Source: an uncultured Methylomirabilota bacterium (GTDB lineage Bacteria > Methylomirabilota > Methylomirabilia > Methylomirabilales > 2-02-FULL-66-22). Taken from it: a stretch of DNA of 64,000 nucleotides. This document shows positions 59,099 through 64,000 of this stretch, in pieces. The notes under the pieces are model-generated. The model did no database searches. It had not been told where the DNA came from and was given only the letters and a program-made list of their open reading frames with translations. Both the position numbers and the translations under genes were made by a program. The stretch's first letter is position 1. Every line of letters begins with the position of its first letter. The stretch spans positions 2,240,001 through 2,304,000 of the forward strand of contig CAWJSJ010000002.1 of the NCBI GenBank assembly GCA_963845565.1, given 5' to 3'.

Positions 59099-59200
59099 GC
59101 CGTTGTAAAAAATAACTTGACCGGAGAAATTTCGGGACCGGCATAAGGAGCCGTAACGAAATTGCAAAAAATGGACAGGTTATTTCGTAACGGCTCCTAA
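59096..59200. repeat. 105-bp AT-rich double inverted-repeat element, copy 2
   Basis: Reverse-complement match to 8387-8491; starts in the rplY TAA stop and fills the rplY-pth intergenic region. Confidence 0.9.
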
Positions 59201-59833
59201 GTGGCGGCCATGGGGGCGGCGCGCTGGCTGGTGGCGGGGCTGGGAAACCCCGGTGCCGATTATTCCGGCACCCGGCACAACGTGGGTTTTGCCGCGGTGG
59301 AGCGGTTGGCGGCGGACGGTTCGACGCGATTCTCCGACGGGGGAGGCGACGCGCACGCGGCGCTGATCCGGGTGGCGGGGACGCCGGTCGTACTGCTCAA
59401 GCCGCAGACGTTCATGAACCGAAGCGGCGCCGCGGTGGCGGCGTGGCTTGTGCGGCTGGCGTTGCCGGCGGCGGGGCTGGTGGTCGTGCACGACGACCTT
59501 GACCTTCCGCTGGGCCGACTGCGCGTCGTGGCAGCGGGCGGAGCGGGCGGGCATCGCGGGGTGCGCTCTATCCAGGAAACCCTGGGCACGACCGAGTTTC
59601 CGCGGGTTCGGGTCGGGATCGGCCGGCCCGAGGCGGGGCAGGCGGCCGCTGATCGCGTACTGACGGACTTTACACCGGAGGAGCGTCCGGTGGCGACGGC
59701 CGCGGTGGCCCGGGCGGCCGAGGCGGTGCGCTGCCTGATCCTGGACGGGCTGGCGCCCGCCATGAATCGATACAATGTGCGCCCGGAACCCGGCTCGGGT
59801 CCGCTGGCGATGACGGGACCGCAACCGGAATAG
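59201..59833 (+). CDS. pth: Peptidyl-tRNA hydrolase
   Basis: GLGNPG, TRHNVGF, KPQTFMNRSG, HDDLD, GGHRG; start at 59201 or 59210. Confidence 0.96.
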   Translation: MAAMGAARWLVAGLGNPGADYSGTRHNVGFAAVERLAADGSTRFSDGGGDAHAALIRVAGTPVVLLKPQTFMNRSGAAVAAWLVRLALPAAGLVVVHDDLDLPLGRLRVVAAGGAGGHRGVRSIQETLGTTEFPRVRVGIGRPEAGQAAADRVLTDFTPEERPVATAAVARAAEAVRCLILDGLAPAMNRYNVRPEPGSGPLAMTGPQPE

Positions 59834-59862
59834 ATTCCAGACGACCAAGGGAGGTGAGAAGC

Positions 59863-60213
59863 GTGCGAGCGTACGAAATGATCTTTATCCTGGACCCGGC
59901 GCTGGGTGACGACGGCGTGGAGGCGGCCGCCGTGGCGGCCAAGGCCGTGCTGGTCAAGGCCGGCGGCGAGGTCACGGAAGTCCAGAAATGGGGCAAGAAG
60001 CGTTTGGCCTACGACATCAAGAAGCGGCGCGAGGGGCACTACGTCTATTTCCGCGCGCAAGCGCCGGCCAAAGCCGTGGCGGAACTGGAGCGCCACCTGC
60101 AGATCGCGGAGCCGGTGCTCAAGTACCTCACGGTGCTGGTGCAGACGCCGCGGCGCAAGGCGGTGAAGGCCAGCGCGCCCGCAGCCGTCGAGGCGACTCC
60201 TCAGGAGGCCTGA
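59863..60213 (+). CDS. rpsF: 30S ribosomal protein S6
   Basis: YEMIFILDP, WGKKRLAYDIKK, GHY. Confidence 0.97.
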   Translation: MRAYEMIFILDPALGDDGVEAAAVAAKAVLVKAGGEVTEVQKWGKKRLAYDIKKRREGHYVYFRAQAPAKAVAELERHLQIAEPVLKYLTVLVQTPRRKAVKASAPAAVEATPQEA

Positions 60214-60215
60214 CC

Positions 60216-60626
60216 ATGGCCAGCTTCAACAAAGTGATTCTGATGGGGAACCTGACGCGGGACCCCGAGCTGCGGTATACCCCGAGCGGGGCACCGGTGT
60301 GCAACTTCGATCTGGCGATGAACCGGTCCTATACCACCCAGGGCGGGGAAAAGCGGGACGAAGTCTGCTACATGACCGTGGTGGTGTGGGGAAAGCAGGC
60401 CGAGAACTGCGCCGAGTACCTGGCAAAGGGCCGGACGGCATTGGTGGAGGGCCACCTGCAGCAACGGTCGTGGGAGACCCCGGAGGGCCAGAAGCGTTCC
60501 AAGCACGAGGTGGTCGCAGAGCGTGTGCAATTCCTCGGGCCCCGCAAGGGGGCGGCCGGGCCTGCCGGCGGCGAGGACGATTCGGAGCCGCCGCGCGGCC
60601 CCGAGCACGAGGAGGTCCCGTTTTGA
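60216..60626 (+). CDS. ssb: Single-stranded DNA-binding protein
   Basis: NKVILMGNLTRDPELRYT, C-terminal EEVPF. Confidence 0.97.
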   Translation: MASFNKVILMGNLTRDPELRYTPSGAPVCNFDLAMNRSYTTQGGEKRDEVCYMTVVVWGKQAENCAEYLAKGRTALVEGHLQQRSWETPEGQKRSKHEVVAERVQFLGPRKGAAGPAGGEDDSEPPRGPEHEEVPF

Positions 60627-60711
60627 GGTGGAGCGTGACCGTCCCGCGCGACCCTGGCGGGACGGATAGGCGTCGGAGAGCCCCGGAGGCGGGGCGGAAG
60701 GAGAGCGAGGC

Positions 60712-60948
60712 GTGCTGAAGAAACGGCGAACCTATCGTCGCCAAAAGGTGTGCAAGTTCTGTCTGGACAAAGTCCTCTTGGTGGATTTCAAGGACGTGAA
60801 GCGACTGCGCGGCTTCGTGAGCGACCGGGGCAAGATCATCCCCCGGCGGATCTCCGGGAACTGCGCCTATCACCAGCGGCAATTGACGGCCGCGATCAAG
60901 CGGGCCCGCAGCATCGCCCTGCTGGCGTTTGCTGCGGAGGCCTCGTAA
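60712..60948 (+). CDS. rpsR: 30S ribosomal protein S18 (zinc-binding C+ form)
   Basis: CKFC...[17 protein letters not shown]. Confidence 0.97.
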   Translation: MLKKRRTYRRQKVCKFCLDKVLLVDFKDVKRLRGFVSDRGKIIPRRISGNCAYHQRQLTAAIKRARSIALLAFAAEAS

Positions 60949-60970
60949 GTCACCCGGAAGGACGGACGCC

Positions 60971-61939
60971 GTGAAGGCTCGGGTGCGGGGCAGGCGGTTC
61001 CTGGCCGCCACGGTGGAAGCCGTGTTGGCCAGTGTTCTGGCGGTCGGCCTGTTCGCGTCGGGCAGTTTCTTTCCGTTCCTGGGGATCGTGCTGAGCCTGT
61101 TCTGCCCGCTCCCCTTCGTGGCGGTTGGGCTGCGTCATGGCCGGACGATGCTGGCTGTGGCCTTGGCCCTGGCGACGCTGATCCTGATCGTGCCGCTCTC
61201 GCTCCAGCAGGGGATGATCTTCCTGCTGGAGTTCGGTGCGCCCGCACTGGTCCTGTACGAAGGGCTGCGGCGCGGCACCCGGTCGGACGTATTGGTGGTC
61301 GGTACGGCCGTGGTGCTGCTGGTGGGGGGCGTGGCGGTGTTGTCGCTGGCCACCGGCCGGTGGGACGAACCGGTTCGCGCCATCGAACAGCATCTCGACG
61401 GCCTCTTGGGCGGCATGGAAACTCTCACCGCTCAGCTTGGCCTCTCCGATAGTCCGGGGGCGGCGGACGCGCCCGCGCAGCGGTTACGGGCGGCGCTGTT
61501 GGCGGCGTTTCCCGGCCTCCTGTTCGTCGGCAGCCTGCTCACGGCGGCGGGGTACGCGGTCACTCTGCAGGCCATGATCCGCCGTTGGCCGGCACAGTTT
61601 GGCGGGGTGCAGCCGGCTGCGTTCCGCTGGGAACTGCCGGAACTCTTAGTCTGGCCGTTCATCGCGTCGGGGGTCTGTTTTCTGATCGGGATACCGTCGC
61701 TCCGGGTGGTGGGGCTGAACGGACTGATCGTGCTTCTCGGACTCTATTTTTTGCAGGGCCTCAGTATCGCGGCCTTTCTGTTCCGGCGGTTTCAGTTGCC
61801 CAGGTTCCTGGCGACCTTGTCGGTGATCCTGCTGGTCTTCCAGCCGTTCTTCACGTTGCTGGTGGCCGGGTTGGGACTCTTCGATGTCTGGTTTGCATTT
61901 CGGCGCCTCAGTTTGAACCGCCCACCCGGGCAAACCTAG
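60971..61939 (+). CDS. DUF2232/YybS family membrane protein
   Basis: Multi-TM protein, LYFLQGL, GLFDVWF; conserved position between rpsR and rplI. Confidence 0.85.
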   Translation: MKARVRGRRFLAATVEAVLASVLAVGLFASGSFFPFLGIVLSLFCPLPFVAVGLRHGRTMLAVALALATLILIVPLSLQQGMIFLLEFGAPALVLYEGLRRGTRSDVLVVGTAVVLLVGGVAVLSLATGRWDEPVRAIEQHLDGLLGGMETLTAQLGLSDSPGAADAPAQRLRAALLAAFPGLLFVGSLLTAAGYAVTLQAMIRRWPAQFGGVQPAAFRWELPELLVWPFIASGVCFLIGIPSLRVVGLNGLIVLLGLYFLQGLSIAAFLFRRFQLPRFLATLSVILLVFQPFFTLLVAGLGLFDVWFAFRRLSLNRPPGQT

Positions 61940-61995
61940 CCGGGGGGCGCCGAGCGTGGAGAGTGGCGCGTCACATTCGGAGGACGGAGCGAATC

Positions 61996-62529
61996 ATGAA
62001 AGTGATCCTGATGCAGAAAGTCGAGCGGTTGGGGGAGCCCGGGCAGCAAGTGGACGTGGCTGACGGGTATGCCCGGAATTTTCTCCTGCCGAAACAGCTT
62101 GCCGTGCTCGCCACCCCGGGGCGACTGCGGTCCCTGGCGCAACTCACGGCCCAGGCCCGCAATCTGGAGGATCGGCTGAAGCAGGAGGCGACGGCCCTGG
62201 CCGAGCGGCTGGCGGCGGTCCAGATTACGCTGACGCGCCGGGCGACGGAAGACGCCCCCGCCGAGGTCCCCGTCACGGCCCCGGCGGCCGCGACGGAAGA
62301 CGCCCCCGCCGAGGCGGCGGTCCCCGCGACCCCGGCGGCGCCGAAGCTCTTCGGCTCGGTGACCAGCCAGGATCTGAGCGATGCGCTGGCCGCGCAGGGG
62401 CTGAGCATAGAAAAGAAGAAGATCCTCCTTCCCGAGCCGATCAAGACGCTCGGCGTGCATCGGGTTCCGATCCGGTTGCACGCGGAGGTGCTGGCCGAGC
62501 TCGCCGTGACCGTGGATCGTGAGGCCTGA
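61996..62529 (+). CDS. rplI: 50S ribosomal protein L9 (with insertion)
   Basis: MKVIL, DGYARNFLLP, KLFGSVT, PIKTLG; 177 aa. Confidence 0.96.
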   Translation: MKVILMQKVERLGEPGQQVDVADGYARNFLLPKQLAVLATPGRLRSLAQLTAQARNLEDRLKQEATALAERLAAVQITLTRRATEDAPAEVPVTAPAAATEDAPAEAAVPATPAAPKLFGSVTSQDLSDALAAQGLSIEKKKILLPEPIKTLGVHRVPIRLHAEVLAELAVTVDREA

Positions 62530-62555
62530 GGCGTTGCCGCCCGTCCCGTGTCCCC

Positions 62556-63920
62556 ATGTCTGAAACGGCCGTAGGATCGGACCGAATCCCTCCGCAGAAC
62601 CTCGAGGCGGAAGTCTCCGTCCTTGGGGCGGTGTTGCAGGAGACGGGGGCGCTCCTGAAGGCCATGGAGTTCCTCCGGCCGGCCGACTTTTACAAGGAGG
62701 CCCACCGGAAGATCTTCGGCGCGTGCGTCGAGCTCTTCGAAAAGAACGAACCGGTCGATCTCGTCACGCTGGCCAACGAGCTGATGCGGCGCAAGGTCCT
62801 GGACGAGGTCGGCGGCGCCAGCTACCTCGCCTCGCTGGTGGATGCGGTCCCGACCGCGGCCAACATCGGCCACCACGCCCGGATTGTCAAGGACAAGGCC
62901 TTGCTGCACGCCTTGATCCAGAAGGCGACGGCCGTCGTGGGCCGGGCCTACGCCGATACCGAGGACGTGGACGAGGTCCTGGACTGGGCCGAACAGCAGA
63001 TCTTCGAGATCTCGCAAGAGAAGATCAGCCGCTCCTTTGTGCCCGTGAAGAGTATCCTCAAGGGCACGTTCCAGCTCATCGAGACCCTCTACGAGCGGAA
63101 GAGCCACGTCACGGGCGTGCCCACCGGGTTCCGCAAGTTCGACGAGATGACGGCAGGGTTGCAGCCGTCGGACCTGATCGTCGTGGCGGGCCGCCCTTCC
63201 ATGGGCAAGACCAGCTTCTGTTTGAACATCGCCCAGCATGCGGCCGTCCAGGAACATATCCCGATCGCCATCTTCAGCTTGGAAATGTCGAAGGAGCAAC
63301 TGGTGCAGCGGATGCTGTGCTCGGTGGCCAAGGTGGACTCCCATAAGCTCCGCACCGGGTACCTCTCCGACTCGGACTGGCCGAAGCTGACCACCGGGGC
63401 CGGGATCCTGTCCGAGTCCCCCATCTTCATTGACGACACCCCGGGCATCTCCCTCTTGGAGATGCGGGCCAAGGCGCGTCGGCTCAAAGCCGAGCAAGGG
63501 CTGGGGCTGGTGGTCATCGACTACCTGCAATTGATCTCAGGCCGGGGGCGGTCGGAGAGCCGGCAGCAGGAGATCTCGGAGATCTCTCGCTCGCTGAAGG
63601 CGATGGCCAAGGAGCTGAGCGTTCCCGTCATGGCCCTCTCGCAACTCTCCCGGGCGGTGGAGTCGCGCCAACCCCCCCGACCCCAACTCTCGGATCTGCG
63701 AGAGTCGGGCGCCATCGAGCAGGACGCCGACGTGGTCACGTTTCTGTATCGCCCCGCCTTCTATCGCGTCCGCAAGGACGACGAACCGGAGGAGCCCGAG
63801 GACAACACCACGGAGGTGATCATCGGCAAACAGCGCAACGGCCCCACGGGGACCGTCAGCCTCGCCTTCTTGCGCGAGTATACCCGGTTCGAAGAACAAG
63901 AACGGCAGCGGGACTTCTGA
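62556..63920 (+). CDS. dnaB: Replicative DNA helicase
   Basis: PPQNLEAE, GRPSMGKT, IDYLQL, LSQLSR, SDLRESGAIEQDAD, KQRNGPTG; no intein visible. Confidence 0.98.
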   Translation: MSETAVGSDRIPPQNLEAEVSVLGAVLQETGALLKAMEFLRPADFYKEAHRKIFGACVELFEKNEPVDLVTLANELMRRKVLDEVGGASYLASLVDAVPTAANIGHHARIVKDKALLHALIQKATAVVGRAYADTEDVDEVLDWAEQQIFEISQEKISRSFVPVKSILKGTFQLIETLYERKSHVTGVPTGFRKFDEMTAGLQPSDLIVVAGRPSMGKTSFCLNIAQHAAVQEHIPIAIFSLEMSKEQLVQRMLCSVAKVDSHKLRTGYLSDSDWPKLTTGAGILSESPIFIDDTPGISLLEMRAKARRLKAEQGLGLVVIDYLQLISGRGRSESRQQEISEISRSLKAMAKELSVPVMALSQLSRAVESRQPPRPQLSDLRESGAIEQDADVVTFLYRPAFYRVRKDDEPEEPEDNTTEVIIGKQRNGPTGTVSLAFLREYTRFEEQERQRDF

Positions 63921-64000
63921 TGTGCCCCCGGGGTCGCGTGCGCGCCGAACGGACGAGTCGGTCGTGGCGAGAGGGCACGGGGCGCCTGGCGGCGGTTGCG

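Noticed and set aside
59780..59862. S6:S18 ribosomal leader upstream of rpsF
   Set aside because: The 3' part GACCAAGGGAGGTG is compatible, but I could not find the pairing 5' strand with the conserved CC motif; needs cmscan
60627..60711. Possible tRNA or ncRNA between ssb and rpsR
   Set aside because: Only a GC-rich hairpin (CCGTCCCGC/GCGGGACGG); no cloverleaf or TTCGA T-loop

Overview
High-GC chromosome segment from a diderm bacterium. Gene content and order suggest a Methylomirabilota/NC10-, Nitrospirota- or Desulfobacterota-like lineage; this is inference only. The window is mostly housekeeping: metK-ahcY, lptFG, comEC, xseA-xseB-ispA-dxs-tlyA-nadK-recN, mqnD, leuB, engB, and TPR-lolB-like-ispE-prs-rplY-pth-rpsF-ssb-rpsR-DUF2232-rplI-dnaB. 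It also contains a cobalamin-uptake operon with two cobalamin riboswitches and a SAM-I riboswitch-controlled Dpp/Opp-type ABC importer. An accessory signalling island at about 31.5-44.5 kb carries two sensor kinases, two near-identical NarL-type regulators flanking a FadR + alpha/beta-hydrolase cassette, and a His-rich LVIVD beta-propeller. The 35.2-40.4 kb part is full of 1-bp frameshifts that look like uncorrected long-read errors. No rRNA, tRNA, CRISPR array, integrase or transposase was found. The least explained signals are non-coding: (i) degenerate 6/7/8-mer tandem arrays, often arranged as two inverted arms, at many gene boundaries and once inside a riboswitch aptamer; (ii) a 105-bp double-inverted-repeat element present twice, each time abutting a TAA stop codon; (iii) a 120-bp MITE-like element after metK. 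Uncharacterised coding systems worth follow-up are an Fe-S protein + Cys/His protein + TIM-barrel operon, the SAM-regulated peptide importer with its divergent NIF3-like/M20 peptidase pair, and a sigma54-driven Asr-like disordered secreted protein. None of these can be confirmed as novel without database searches.
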